A stretch of DNA of 64,000 nt from the human T2T-CHM13v2.0 reference genome, Homo sapiens. The notes beneath the pieces were generated by a model that saw only the letters and a program-made list of their open reading frames with translations, had not been told where the DNA came from and searched no databases. The number at the start of each line of letters is the position of its first letter. The stretch's first letter is position 1. The stretch lies in the NCBI RefSeq assembly GCF_009914755.1, contig NC_060930.1; one strand, written 5' to 3'. The position numbers and the translations under genes are program-made. Shown in pieces: positions 36,986-51,310 of this stretch.

Positions 36986-39439
36986 AAGAGAAGAATCTGG
37001 CTGATTTCATCTTCGAGATTTCTGAGATCCTTCTAGAACAGGACAAGAACAAAAATTACAAAGACATGACACTTAGTAGTCAAAATGGTCCCGAGAACTC
37101 ACTCAGAGACATATGTACCAAGCGGTTAGCTAGGCACATTGCTGCACTGAGTGTGTGGCTGAAGGGTCTTGGGCCGTGAAGACTGCTTACCCCATCTGTC
37201 CATGATCATAAAGGATGCCCACCCTGCCAGCCGTCTTACACAAAGTTCCAGTGATGGTGCAGACGAGATGGTGCAAATGGATCCTTCTGCTCTGGAAAGA
37301 CCTGAAGGTGGTAGGTCCTCTCCGTTCATCAAATACAACACTTTATCAGGAGATGCTGTCCTGCCATTCTTGTTCCCTTGAGTTCACAAATACAACGGCA
37401 ACATCATTACCTTGGCTGTTGAGAGGCCTCCAAGATAGAGAGTTTAAAAAATCTGCTTCTGGGCCAATAGAGGGAATGGAAGTTGTGTATAAGAGAAGCA
37501 ATATGGTAAACACTGGAGACATAATGAAAACATGAAGTATTGCCTTTAACTTTACTTTGATGTGAAATTCTCCCTCATTATGTTCCCCATGGGTCATTTG
37601 GGCATTTTCATTGGGATCTGGACCACGCTCCCATGACAGTAAGCCATGGATGTTGGTGTCATAAAGACTCCGCAGCTTAAACCAGAACACAAACTAGACA
37701 CTTCACAGCGGCTTTGGAAAAGTGTCACAGCTTTGTTTCCCTCACCAGTCACAGCCAGTCCTCGATGTAATGGCTTATATGTCACTAATTATAAACAAGC
37801 AGACAATGGAGTTTGTTTTTCACCCTGAGAATCTGTGCTCAGTCCCAGTCAGTTCTGAATGCATTTTCAGCTGTAATAGAAACCAGAGCTAAGCGCTTTG
37901 GGGCTTTATTATGTGCAGAGAAAAGGAGAAATAAATGGAAAACCCAGTCTAAGTTTTAAAAAATTGAGTACCTACTATGTGTGAATTGCTTTACATGTGT
38001 TTTCTCTAGTAGGTAAAATAATCCTGTCAGTTCACTTTGATCCCTATTTGATCTAATCTCTGGACTAGAAAATCCAGGCTTGATGGGGTTATTTCCACTT
38101 AGGCAAAGCCACCCAGTTAACAAGTGCTGAAGTTGGATGTAATATTATGTTTGTTGGACTCCAAAACCCATGCAGGCAGCAGCCATTTCACCATGCTGCC
38201 ACACCAACTAATTTTCCCCCAGAATTTAGGGATATTTAACTTTCTTCTTGGGTATGCATTACTAGGTCTGGAAAGAAACTCTTGCCTTATTTGTTCTTTT
38301 GCCTTCCAATGAAACTACATCTAAACTACCTCAGATAAATAATTTCTAGTATTTTCTCCAAATGGTTCTCACTGCCAAGAAGTTCTTTCTTATGTCTGAC
38401 CCAAATAGTTCTTGCTGTACTCTGAAGCCTTCTCTTTTGCTATGCTCTTACTGTAGAGGGAGGGCAGCTTCACATAAAAGCACCTCAAAGACCAATGGAT
38501 TGTGAAGGTGCTGCTCACTGGCCTTTCTGGGACACAGGAGAACACAGCCTGTCAGTACAGACGATGGAGCAGCCTGAGAAAATCCATCTCATGTTTTAGA
38601 ACTCAGTTAGGTTTTAACCTTTCCTGGTCTCTCCCACCTAAAAAATTTAGCATGGAATACATCTTTAGTGCTCTCAACAATCCTTCCTACCCATGTACTC
38701 CCTCCACCCCCAATTCCCCAAGACCCTTGAGTTAAAAGATAGATAAAGAAACAGAAATTGGAAATGAGGGGAACTGTGTTGGATGTAAAAATGTAACAGC
38801 AATTGCTGTATTAAACTTCTTTGCTGAGAAATGTCCTTGTAGCGATTCAGCTGACAGGAACACAGAAGACCAGGAGCGCCGAAGAGACCTCCTCTCCTGC
38901 CTGGACCTCAGATACCATTCAGCACAGCTGGCTGCATCTGTGTGCAGCACGAGAGGCCTCTCCTGTGGTTGGAAGATCAAGGCAAAGAGGCTTTCCCAGT
39001 CTGGTCTCTTCTGAAAGAGTCTCCGGCTCATCTGGGAATGAGAACTGAGCAGAGGGAGGCTGCCCACCATGGACGGAGATCATAGGGAGGGCTGGGCAGT
39101 GTGGTCAGTGGTTGGTAATAGTATCCTAGTCCAGGGATTAGGAGGGCTTTGTAAGGGAGCCAAGACGCTAGATGGCAGATGGCGCTAGATGGCAGTCCCC
39201 ATGCTTAGTTCAGGGGAAGCCACAGAGCATACTAGGACACTGTGAAAATCTGGGAGCTAATGGAGTTCCCAGTGTTGGTGTCTGATGCCTTGGATGTACT
39301 GGCAGATGGGCAGAAGGCCTTGCATGCTGGCTTCCTGCCATGCTGTCTTCTGTTCTGTGAGGCTTCCTAGGGCTTTGGCCTCCACCTTAATGAATATGCC
39401 TCCCTCCACTCTCAATTTCTATGTTCAGCCTGGATTGCT

Positions 39440-39960
39440 CTTCCGAGCAACAGACTCCCCTTTTAATAACCACTGAATGTGACTCATTAAATATCCCAAA
39501 CTGAGCTTACCATATTCTCCTCTTCAGAAATGCCTCCCCTGATTCATTCCCTACCTTGGTCATTGGCATGACCGCTGCCAAATTATCCTAAGTTAGGGAA
39601 TTCAGAGCACTCTGAATCCCCTAGTGCTTAGATCACACCCTCATCAGCATCCTCACTGTCACTGTCACCTCGCTTAGCCCAGGTCTCCCTCATCACTCAC
39701 TTGAAGGATGAAAACAACTCCTCATCAGCTTTCCTGCCACAGTCTCTGGCCACCATGATCCATCCTCCTCCACCCTACCCTGGACCTTCCTAAGCGTTCT
39801 GGATCAAGCCACGCCCCTGTTCTAAAGCTCCCCAGGCTTCCATGGTATTTGCAAGACACAGACAAGACGACAAGACTTGTCCTTCATACTTTGACCCCTA
39901 ACTAGCTTTCCTAACCTTATAGCCTATTAACTCTCCTCACACCCCTGCAGTCCAGGCTCT
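39440..39960 (+). mobile_element. L2 fragment
   Basis: Pyrimidine-rich L2-like text (CCCAAACTGAGCTTACCATATTCTCC; AACAACTCCTCATCAGCTTTCCTGCC). Confidence 0.55.
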
Positions 39961-40158
39961 GGAATCAGCTTGCTGAGCTTTGAATCCTACCTCTGTGGGA
40001 AATGATTTTTTCCCTAAAGGAGAAAGGCTATTGTGAGGGATCTGGCACCCTCTGCCACACTCACTGATAGACCTTCAGACCGCACCAGAGTGATATATGT
40101 ATATATACACACATAAATGTAAGTATGGATATATACTTACATAAAAAGTATCCACTGT

Positions 40159-40531
<373 letters not shown>

Positions 40532-43237
40532 TTACTTATTCCTCCTTTAAGCCCTCTGAGGTCACTATCACTATCAGTCCCAATTTACATATGAGGTTAT
40601 AAAGGCATAGAGAAGTTAAAAACCGGCTGAAAGTTGCATAGCTAGGAAGTAGGAGAGCCTGGATTTGAACCCCTGCTGTAGAGCTCTGGAACCCACACTA
40701 TTAACTATGATGTCATACCACCTACCTCTCCATTTCCCACTCGAAGCACACCTTCTGATTCTAGGAAAGCCAATCTGCCTGGCCAACCTAGGAATTCTTT
40801 CCACCATTAACCCCTCTGAATTTTAGAACCATGGAAAATCCAAATTGTGGGGGCAGGGGAGCTCTTGGTTCTGGTCCACATTTTCCACTATTCAGAGAAG
40901 GAAGGTGGCTTATTTAGGCTCACAAAGGGATTAGAGAAGGCCCAACTTGGTACTTCCATACTGTTTTATTTTAAGTTTCTGAGCATCTTATTTATTATCC
41001 CCTCATTTCCTCACTTCTGATTTGGGACTCCCACAATATCTCCTGTGTTTCAGAAGGAAAAAAAGGTGTGTGTATTAATATATTTTAATATTAGCAATGA
41101 ATACATGTCTACACACACATACACTCAGTTATATAAATGACCATACACTCTCAAGCGTCTCCATAGTGATTTGTCTATCTTCAGTCAAACCCAACTTCAC
41201 TTTTCCTGGGCTTCTAGCCACAGCATCCTTCCCTGGTTCTTGTTGATCTTATCTAGGCTAGAAATGTGAAAGCAATGACACTGCCTCAAAGAGCTAAATA
41301 CCTTAATATGACTGTGCTCATCTGTTACTAATGCCCAGTGAATGCAAACAAGGACTAACAAAGGCAAAGGGATAAACACATTTAAGCCAGACCTATTTCC
41401 AAAGAAATAATTTAAAAATGGCTCAAACAAGCGCTTCAAACACACAAGAATAATGATTTCCCCATGGATACACTGTGTGCTTGCTGGCATTATAACTTTG
41501 GCCTTACATGCGGATTCCCATAAAAAGTTAGGAGCAAGATAAAAAGAAACAAGTAGTGTACAATGGAGGGAAGCCATTGGTGTTGCAGCCAAATATCCCA
41601 ACCCAAAACTGCCCAGCCGAGTCTGCTGTCTGGACATTCCAGACACATTCTGCTGTCTACAGAAGCGCCATGTATGGACACTGGGACATATGAGAGAGGA
41701 CTCCTAACTATTGCTTCCCTGTGATATTTTGCAATGAGCCTCTTAGCTTGCCCACAAGGTAGGTTTGCTGATGTTTATTTGTCTCCTTTTTGCAGAGAGA
41801 AACACCAAAGCAAATATGCAGCTGGAGAGTTGGGGAATGGCCTGGTCTCTCTGGATGAGACCAGGGTGACAGGGGAAACATTTGTTTCTGACTCTAGTGC
41901 AGTCCACCCTTTTGCCTCTCTGAACAATTGGAAACCAAGAGAGGAGTAGTCTGGCCCTGATTCCTGAAGGCTACTTTAGGCTTTCTCACCACCCTCACAA
42001 TAGCCCATATTTTAGCAGGGGTCTGTCAGTGGTTGGAGTTGGGGTTATCTTAGGAAAAATCAGTGCAGCCAGCTCTATTTTGACCTGCCTCAAGCCCCCC
42101 ACTGGAGACATCATCATGGATGGCAATGACCCTTGAAACCGCTGCCTTTTGCCTGAGGTTTCCAGGCTGTAAAGGTCCATCAAAAGTGACGAGCTGTTTT
42201 CAGTATTTCAAGAAAGCTAAAACAAAACCAACCAACCAACCAACCAACAAGAACCCTACCTCTTCTATATTAAGACTGCACATTTTGAGTAAATAATAGG
42301 TTTCTTTGCTTATGGCTAAAATTATATCAATTCAGAACATCATAATGCTATTCAGTCCTGTTCATAAATGTTGATTGGCTATTTATGGCTACTTTGGATT
42401 TGCGGGACTTCTTTATGGCATTGGACCTGGCTGCCAGAGCCCCTGCCAAGTTTCTCCTTTTCTCCCAGTGTGTATCCTTCCAAGTTCCTCACTGCTCACT
42501 TAGGTTTCCAAGAGATACAACACTTGCTTCATCCTGATGTGGGAGCTGCTGAATTCTGTTCTCTCTCCCAAGCTTGCGTTCCCAGTTTACCCTCTACACA
42601 CAGATGACAGACTAGAGAGAACACAAGAATGAGGACTTTCCTGGCCTCCTTACTTGTCTTCTCCAGAGGTCTCATCAGCAAGGAGGGTTGGTGGGGAACA
42701 CAACAGGGCTTTATCCTCCAAGGGCCTCATTGTGGGTCCTGGATATACACCAAGGCGCCTTGCTGAGGAGCTTAGAGTGAGGGAAAAAGCTGTGGGCCAA
42801 TCAGAAGTTCCAATGCTGAAAGGACTCTCACTCATGATTTGATCAGGCTAACCTATGGATGCAGAACGATGGCCAAAGCTGAACTACCAGTCACAGAAAG
42901 TATGTAAAGGGGTACTGCTGGTGAGACTGGGACCCACTGTCTCATCCGCAGCAGCTCCACCCACTGGCATGGAGTCAGGAGGTTTGACCACTTGGAAGAT
43001 GGTGCACTCAGTCCCAGGACCTCACGTGCCACTGTTGTGTGCTACAGGTTTGAGGAAGAATAAAAGCCAAGGATCAGAATGGGGCAAATGCAAGAAAGAG
43101 ACTTGGCTTATCTAGAAGGGATCAAATTCCAAAAGACGAGTAGAAAGGGAAATGTGGATTCTGTATCTCGCTAAAGGGAAAAGAATTTTGGGGTGAGTTC
43201 AGAAGCTTCACAGGCTCTAGGCTCTGGCCTTGACCCA

Positions 43238-44020
43238 TGTCTTAGGTAGAGTTCCCCAGGAGCAGACCTGAGAACTTATGTATGAGTAATTCATTGAGAA
43301 ATTATGGGCCAGGCATGGCGGCTCACACCTGTAATCCCAGCACTTTGGGAGGCTGAGGCGGGCAGATCACTTGAGGCCAGGAGTTCCAGACCAGCCTGGA
43401 CAAGATGGTGAAACCCCCATCCCTACTAAAAATACAAAAATTAGCCAGGTGTGGTGGTATGTGCCTGTAATCCCAGCTACTTAAGAGACTGAGGCAGGAG
43501 AATCTCTTGAACCCAGGAGGTGGAGGTTGCAGTGAGCCAAGATCGAGTGACCACACTCCAGCCTGGGCAACAGAGTAAGACTCCGTCTCAAAAAAAGAAA
43601 ATAAAAGAAATTACTCCTGGGGATACCCATAAGGGAGTGGGAGGCTGGGCAGGGAAGTAGGGGAAAAGAAGCAAGGAGCCAATTCAGGTGCAGGTCCAGT
43701 GGGGGAAGGATTCAGCCTCATGGTGCGCGAGCCCTGCCTCAGAACTTGCAACCCGAGGCCAATGATCCAAACTTCTATGTTCCCTACCCCATAGTTATGG
43801 CTTAAGGGCTTTTGAGGGTGAGGAGAGGGCCAGAAGCAGACCTTCCAGCTCTTGTGTGAGATGCCAAAGTGGCTCCAGGAGCCAGAAGACAAGCCTCCAA
43901 AGAGGAAGTACAGAAGCAGGCAACTGAAATGACAGCTACACAGGTAGCAGGTGTGCAGAGGAAGGGTGGAAAGGGCATCCAGGGGACCACCCGGGAGCCT
44001 TGACATTGTCTCAGCCTTAC
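43238..44020 (-). mobile_element. ERVL LTR (LTR16/33-like) split by an Alu
   Basis: TGTCTTAGGTAGAGTTCCCCAGGAGCAGACCTGAGA start; resumes after the Alu. Confidence 0.6.
43307..43605 (+). mobile_element. AluS
   Basis: Full dimer; TSD core AGAAATTA (43297-43304 / 43606-43613). Confidence 0.95.
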
Positions 44021-44599
44021 ATTGAGGTGAGATCACAGCCATGATCCAGCTACCCTACCTGGATTCTTGTCTCTGACCTGGCCTTTCTGGCTGCCCAAGC
44101 TCTGGGTCTTGGGTTTGGAACTGACCCCTCAGACTCTGACCTGAATATCCCATCCTCCCACCCCCTCATTTAGGACCTAGAGGGCTGGTGGTCTGTCCTA
44201 GAAGTGCCCTTGCTGAGGCAGAAGCAGGACCAACAGGAGCCCAGCTCCTATTCACACTGCCCTGCCCTTTGGAGCCACACCCTTAATCTTACTGTAGAGA
44301 CCAGCAAGGAATGTCCGGGTCTGTCTACACAGCAGGTATTGCATATGCTGAACATTCAAATCCTGATTATCTGCCAGGTAGGATTATGCACACCACTGTT
44401 CCCTCCCACCGTCATGTTTACAGAGGTGTTGCATTTATATGTGTGAGTTTATTTATTTTCTGGGTTTGTCAGATGAAAAGGTAGAAAATAATATATCAGT
44501 GACTTATGGATACATGATTTTGTTGAAGGAAGAAATCCATTTTTATTAAAAAGCATACTTCAGTGATATTCATTCCAGGCTTGTTTACACTGATGATAA

Positions 44600-44830
44600 T
44601 GATGATGATAATAATTATTATAACAATGCAGCTAGTGTTTTGTGTACCATGCTCTGTGGCACATATGAATTATGTTGTCATCATTTCTATCATTTCCATT
44701 TTGCAGAGGAGGAAATGGAGGCACAGAGAGGTTAGGTAACTTGATCATAACCACATAGCTACTAAGGCATAGCAAAGAGATTCAAACCCAGGCACGTCAC
44801 CCTCCTGAGTCTGCCTTCTAGTCACATTAC
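44600..44830 (-). mobile_element. MIR SINE
   Basis: CCATTTTGCAGAGGAGGAAATGGAGGCACAGAGAGGTTAGGTAACTTG core. Confidence 0.75.
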
Positions 44831-46599
44831 TGTCTGATGTTGGCTGCTGCTACAGATATGTGTATAGCCCAAGAAATTTCATAAAACCAAACGAGCAGAA
44901 TTATTTCTGCCATGGACTCCCACTTCAGCAGCAAAGTGGAAAGGTGCCCCAGGGACATTTAAGGGTAAGAATAAAGTGGACAGAGCTCTGGCCCTCTAAG
45001 TGGTTGTGATCTGACCTCATTATAAGGCCAATGATAGTTGCATGCCCAACCTGAATAGAAACGCAGACCACTGAACAATTGATGAAAACTCCATGAATAA
45101 ATATGATACTGGCTCAGCTTCAACTTGTTTTTTTGTTTGTTTATTTGTTTATGCCCCCAGTTTTTTCCAGCATGTATTTACTTTTTGTTAGCTTCAAAGG
45201 GAAATTGAGAAAAAAATGTGGGGAATAAAGAGAATGGGGAAGCCCGCTGGCAGTGACTTTGTTGATTCTCTCACACACACACTGGGGGACACACTTAGAT
45301 AAGAATGATAAGAATGCTCACATTGACATTCCTACACATCAGATCATGGCACTCAGAACATGGGGCCTTCTGGTTATAATGAAAGGGCATGGCCTGGAAA
45401 CGGATGAAGATGCTACTCTGTAGAGAAAGGGAGGAACCCTTTATGAAGTTCAGGTGTTATTTTTTAAAGTGATGACCACAGAAAGACAATCTGACTTATT
45501 TGCAAAGGCTTACTTTTAATCTTTCAGAAATGACTACTTTCTACTAAAAAGGGAGACTTGGGGGAAATAAAGAAATAGTTTTCTGTGGGTGATTTATAAA
45601 GCCAGCTATTTCTGGGGATTAAGACTGTCCACCTTGGTTTGAATTATTTGATTATTTAAAGACTTGAATGAGCATAAGGCAGTTAATTTGTCGGCTTTCT
45701 GGTTGACCTCCATGTCAGCATGTCCTTTCCAGATGAGCTCTGGTGAGATTTATCTGGGGTGGCCCCTCAGTTGAGCTCGAGCCTGCAACAGCGCTTAGCT
45801 CCTCTTCCTCTGGACAGGCCCCTCCTCAGGGTCTTTCACAATGGTTGCCTTTGAGTACAGAGATCCTCAGTCATGCAGGCCTCTGTCTAATGTCTCTGAG
45901 GAAAATGCTGGAATCCCTCGGAACAGAGCGGAACTGGAGGGGGAGACGTCATTATCCCAGAGCGGACTGTAAATTGTGCTGTTTAGTCTGTAAAGCAATT
46001 AGGTCTGGGGAGTGTAATGCGATCCTTTTGTGGCTGTTGTGGCCCCTGTAGGGCTGTTGTCTCTCCGTGGGCACTGAGTTTATCAGGCTAGGCGGGTGTC
46101 CTGAACTCCCTAACTCCAATGGATGCTCCAAAAATAGGTCGGCTTTCTCTTCTCAGTTGAGCTGCTGTGTATACAAAGGGCCTGCAGTTGGTTTTCAAGG
46201 ACCTGATTTCAAATCTCAGCTTTGCTTCTTTCTTGCTGTTTGATCTGAAGCAGACACCAGTCACTACAGCTCTCCTGAGTGAGCCTCAGCTGCCTTAAAT
46301 AGGCCTCCTCACCTCTCTTGCACCCAGGTTTAGCAGAATTGTGCAAGGCCTGGCACAGGTGCCACGTGCTTTCACTTCAGTCCATCTGGTCCTTGCACAG
46401 TGTGGCCGGCGGCCACTGGGTTGGCTGCAGCCATGCTCAGAAGGTCTGCCAGCATTTCTGTCTGCTGCTTGAGAATCCTGGCTGGCCTGAGACCTTCTCC
46501 ATGTTCTCCATGTTTGTCTTTCCCCTCCCTTGTCTGTGGAATTCTAGCTGTGTCCTTACCACCCTGTGTAAAGTAGGTCACCCCCGCTATTCTCTGTCA

Positions 46600-46800
46600 C
46601 AGTAGTCTGGCTGTTTCCTACATACCACTTAACTATAATTTTAATTTCATTTGTTTATTTCTTTTCTATCTTCCCCACTAGACTGTGGGCTTCACGAGAG
46701 TGTGACCTTAGTTGCCTTGTCACACTATGCCCTAGCACAGCGCTTGGCACACAGTGACTGCTCGGGGTTCGGGAAATATTTTGTAGGTTGAATGAATGAA
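46600..46800 (+). mobile_element. L2 3' end
   Basis: TCTTCCCCACTAGACTGTGGGCTTCACGAGAG...CCTAGCACAG...TTGAATGAATGAA. Confidence 0.7.
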
Positions 46801-48252
46801 AAATTATACATGCCCAATAAGGAAGCCAACAGGCAGATTAGGGCAGATGCCCTCCTCCTTGCTTACATGAGGGCAGAGTCACGTCCCTGCAAGGTCCAAC
46901 AGGGTGGCTTCTTCCCTGGTTACTCCTGGTACATTCTCACACCCTATATGCCACAGCCTTGGAATCCCTACCCATGGACTTCTTGTATTTGAACAAGAAG
47001 CACTCGCCTATTTTATTTATGCTACTGTTATTTTGGATCTTTTGCTATATGCAGCCAGAACTTACTTAGCTGGTGCACCAGGGAATTTGTGTTCAAAGGC
47101 AGTTCCACTGGGCTAGAGGCTGCTTTGGGACAGCAAATAAAATAATAAGGTGCCTGTGTGTGTTTGGTGGTGGGAGGAGGGGGCAGAATTTATCCAGTCC
47201 TGGGTGTGTTCAGTGCAGGAAGGAGTCTCTTTTCCCCAGTGAAAGAAGCAGCTTTAGGAAGACTCTTGCTTCACTGCACATTAAACCAATTCTCCTTTGC
47301 ACTGTGTGGACTCCAGCACACATTTGTTTTAAATTATTCCCTAATTGTTTAAGTGTCTGTGGTGTCTTTGCTCTTAACTTAGGGCCTGGAGAGTAAAAGG
47401 AGGGACTATCACTGTCCCCACCCCTGCACACCCAATGGGGACCCTCCTGGAGGCTCCCCTTACTAGGCTTGATGAGATGCTGGTTGACTAGAAAGCCAAG
47501 ACTGTAGGGCGTGAGAAATGGAATTACCACCGGGCTTCCCATCTAATCCTCCAAATTCCAAGCCCAAACTTGGCATTGTGTTGGGAAATCTGACTGTTTT
47601 GCTTTTGTGGCAATGCTAACATATACCTCGTTAGTCAGTTTGTCTTAAAATCCACCCACTCTTCAAAAGGCCAGGGCTTAAAATAGTTTTGTTGTATGTG
47701 TGGGAACTATTGCCAGAGCTTTTCTAAATACTAAAAACCCCTTTCAGGTCTTTGCTGGATCCACTTCTGGTGCAAAAAGCTGCGGGGATTTGGCTGATGC
47801 TCTCTCTGCTGGGATTATAGGTGAGCTCTCATGGCTGCAGGGAGGGAGGGACACACATCAAATGGCTGTTTGGAGTCAACGTACAGTCTTAGACTGTCAG
47901 AGATGGGAGAGGCCCAGGAAATCATGGAGATCAGCCCTATTGTTTTACACCTGAGGTAACAGAGGCCCAGAGATGGTTCATGACTTGCCCCAGGTCTCAC
48001 AGATTGAAATGGCAGAGTGGTCACTTAAACACACCCTAGGTTTGCTCCTCTCCTGCTGTACCTCAAGTCAGAGGCATATAGAGTCCAACTTCCATATTGA
48101 ATCGACAGTCCTCTCATGAGCCTCATGCACAATCTCTTCCTGTCCAAATCCAGTGATATCTGCATTTTTGTTGTCTGTAAGAAAAGCGAATCATTTGTTG
48201 AGTCCCCACTTTGTGCCTCAGCCCTGTTCTTACACATGTAACTCATTTGATC

Positions 48253-48548
48253 TTTTTTTTTTTTTTTGAGATGGAGTCTCACTCTGTTGCCCAGGCTGGA
48301 GTGCAATGGCATGATCTAGGCTCACTGCAACCTCTGCCTCCCAGGTTCAAGTGATTCTCCTGCCTCAGCCTCCCAAGTAGCTAGGATTACAGGCACCCAC
48401 CACCACACCTGACTAATTTTTTGTATTTTTAGTAGAGATGAGGTTTCTCCATGTTGGCCAGGCTTGTCTTGAACTCCTGACCTCGTGATCCAACTGCCTC
48501 GGCCTCCCAAAGTGCTAGGATTACAGGTGTGAGCCACCTCGCCCAGCT
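48253..48548 (-). mobile_element. AluS inserted in a MIR
   Basis: Poly-T plus dimer; TSD-like TTTGATCTTT / TTCGATCTTT; MIR text on both sides. Confidence 0.93.
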
Positions 48549-48854
48549 GACTTGTTCGATCTTTACACCAATTTTATAAGGTCGGTGTAACTGTTAGATA
48601 ACTATTATACCTATTAGTGGTTATAATTAATAGATAAATTTTATTATCCCCTCTTGGAGAGGTTAAGTTATACATGACTTGCCCAACTAACACATCTTAA
48701 AAAGGATGGGACTTAGATTTCAGTCTAGGTATTAGTGCAGTCTGACTCTAGAATCCCTAGTCTTAACCGCTGTATTATATAGCCCTGTAGACTTTTCACC
48801 TTTCTGTTCCAGGAACTTAGTACTGCTCACCAAACGTCAATAGACCATGTCTAG

Positions 48855-48970
48855 CTAGGCACAATGGCTCAAACCTGTAATCTCAGCACTTAGGGAGGCC
48901 GAGGTGGATGAATCACATGAGCTCAGGAGACTAACCTGGGCAACATGGAAAACCCTGTCTCTATAAAATT
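48855..48970 (+). mobile_element. Alu left monomer (FLAM / truncated AluJ)
   Basis: GGCACAATGGCTCAAACCTGTAATCTCAGCAC...CCCTGTCTCTATAAAA with no right arm. Confidence 0.75.
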
Positions 48971-50573
48971 AACCAGAAATTTGCTTTTTATTGCTAAATA
49001 GTGTTCTATTATATGGATATACCACGTCTTATTTGTTCCTTCACCAGCTGATGGACACTTAGATTATTTTCAGTTTTTGGCTATTATGAACAGTGCTCTA
49101 AGAAACATTCACATATATGTTTTTGAGTGGATATCTCTTTTTATGTCTCTTCAGTTTGTTCCTAGAAGAGGAATTTCTGGGTTAAATGTTAAGTTTGTAT
49201 TTAAGATTTTAAGAAACATCCAAACTGTTTTTATGTTTTCATTAGCAATGTATGAAGGTTCCGGTTTCTCCATATCCTTACCAACACTTATTATTGTCTG
49301 TCTTTTTATCGCAGTCATTCTAGTGGGTGTGTAGACGTATCTTATTGTGGTTTTAATTTGTATTTCCTTGATAATGATGTTGAGGATCTCTTCATATACT
49401 TATTAGTCATTTGTGTAACTTTTCTGGTGAAATGTCTATTCAAACCTTTTACCCATTTTCAAATTGGGTTGTTTGTCTTCTTATTGAGTTTTAATAGTTC
49501 TTTATATTTCTGGAGACAAGTCTTTTATCAGATAAATAATTTGAAAATATGTAATCCATATATGGCTTGCCTTTTTATTTTTATTGTCTTTCCATTTTCA
49601 GTGTCTTGTGAAATGGAAAAATTTTAAATTTTGATGAAGTCTAGTTTATTAATTTTTTCTTTTATGGATTGTGCTTTTAGTGTCATATCTAAGAATTCTT
49701 TGCTAAGTCCAAGGTCACAAAGATTTTTCTCCTGTTTTTATCCTAAGAAGTTTTATAGTTTTATTTCTTTCATTTAAGACTATGATCTATCTGAGTTAAT
49801 TTTTTTTCATGTGGGTTTCCAATAGTCTCAGAACTCTTTGTTGAAAAACTATCATTTTTCAATGGAACTATCAAAAATCAATTGTATAGAAATGTAAAGT
49901 TTTATTTCTAAACTTTAATTCTGTTCCAGTGATCTATAATATAGATCATGTGTAGATTCTATATGCCCATTCTTATATGCCAAACACCACACTGTCTTGA
50001 TTATTGTGGCTATAGTAAGTTATGAAATCACATAGTATAAATCTTCCAAGTTTGTCCCTTATTTTCAAATTCATTTTCCTTATTCTATATCATTTGCATT
50101 TCTATATAAATTTTCAATAAGTTTGCTAATTCTTTCTTTGCTAAAACACAAAAACAACCAAAAAACCCTGGTGAGATTTTTTATAGGATGTGCACTGAGT
50201 CTATAGATCAATCTGGGGAGAAATGGCATTGTAACAATATTGAGTGTTTTAATCCATGAACATTCAGAAGTGTGTTTTTTAATTTCCAAATAATTGAAGA
50301 TTTCCCAAATTTCTTTTTGTTGTTGTTTTATAATTTAATTCCTTTGTGGTCAGTTTATGATTCAAATCCTTTAAAATTTATTGAGACCTGTTTTATGACC
50401 TAGTATATGGTTTTTCTCCTGAAGAATGTTCCAGGTGTGCTAGACTAGAAATAGTATTAGAGACAAAGAAGATGTTTCATAATGATAAAATGGTCATCCA
50501 ATGGCTACAGAATACGTATGGTTTTCAAGCACATCTGAAACATTCTTCAGGAAATACCATATACTAGGCCACA

Positions 50574-50575
<2 letters not shown>

Positions 50576-50620
<45 letters not shown>

Positions 50621-50625
50621 CACAC
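50576..50625. repeat. (CA)n microsatellite
   Basis: About 24 CA units with one CG interruption. Confidence 0.95.
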
Positions 50626-50628
50626 CCA

Positions 50629-51310
50629 TGAATCCATTTGTGCTGCTATAACAGAATATAGTCATACATCACTTAATGACAAGGATATGTTCTGAGAAAT
50701 GCATCATTAGGTTATTTTGTCATTATGCCAACACCCTAGAATGTACTTATATAAACCTAGGTGGTATAGCCTACTATACACCTATGCTATATGGTATAGC
50801 CTATTGCTCCTAGGCTATAAACCTGTACAGCATGTTACTGTATTGAATAATGTAGGCAATTGTAATAAAATGAAAATTATTGTGTATCTAAACAAGTCTA
50901 AACATTGAAAGGGTACAGCAAAAACATGGTATTATAATCTTATGAGACCACTGTCATATATGCAGTCCATTGCTGGCTGAAATGTCATTATGCAGCATGT
51001 GACTATACCTGAGATTAGGTATTTATAGAAGAGAAATTTATTTTCTCATAGTTTTGAAGGCTGGGAAGTCCAAGATCAACGTACCGGAAGGTTTGATTGT
51101 CTGAGAACTAAAAGGGAGAAATGCCTTCACATGGCAGAAGGTGAAGGGCAAGCTAGCCAAATGTTGCATACGGCCTCCTTTATAAAGGCCTTAATCCCCT
51201 TCATGAGGGAGGATCCCTCATGGCCTAATTACCTCTTAAATGTCTTGTCTCTTAATACTACCACTTTGGTAACATCCAAATTTTGGAGGGGATACAGTCA
51301 AAGCATAGTG
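50629..51310 (-). mobile_element. MaLR LTR (MST-type) split by Tigger3a
   Basis: TCCATTTGTGCTGCTATAACAGAATA|CCTGAGA...GGCTGGGAAGTCCAAGATCAA...TTTTGGAGGGGATACA. Confidence 0.8.
50659..51005. mobile_element. Tigger3a-like DNA transposon
   Basis: ~347 bp matching recalled Tigger3a with CpG decay; flanked by TA (50657-50658 / 51006-51007). Confidence 0.85.
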
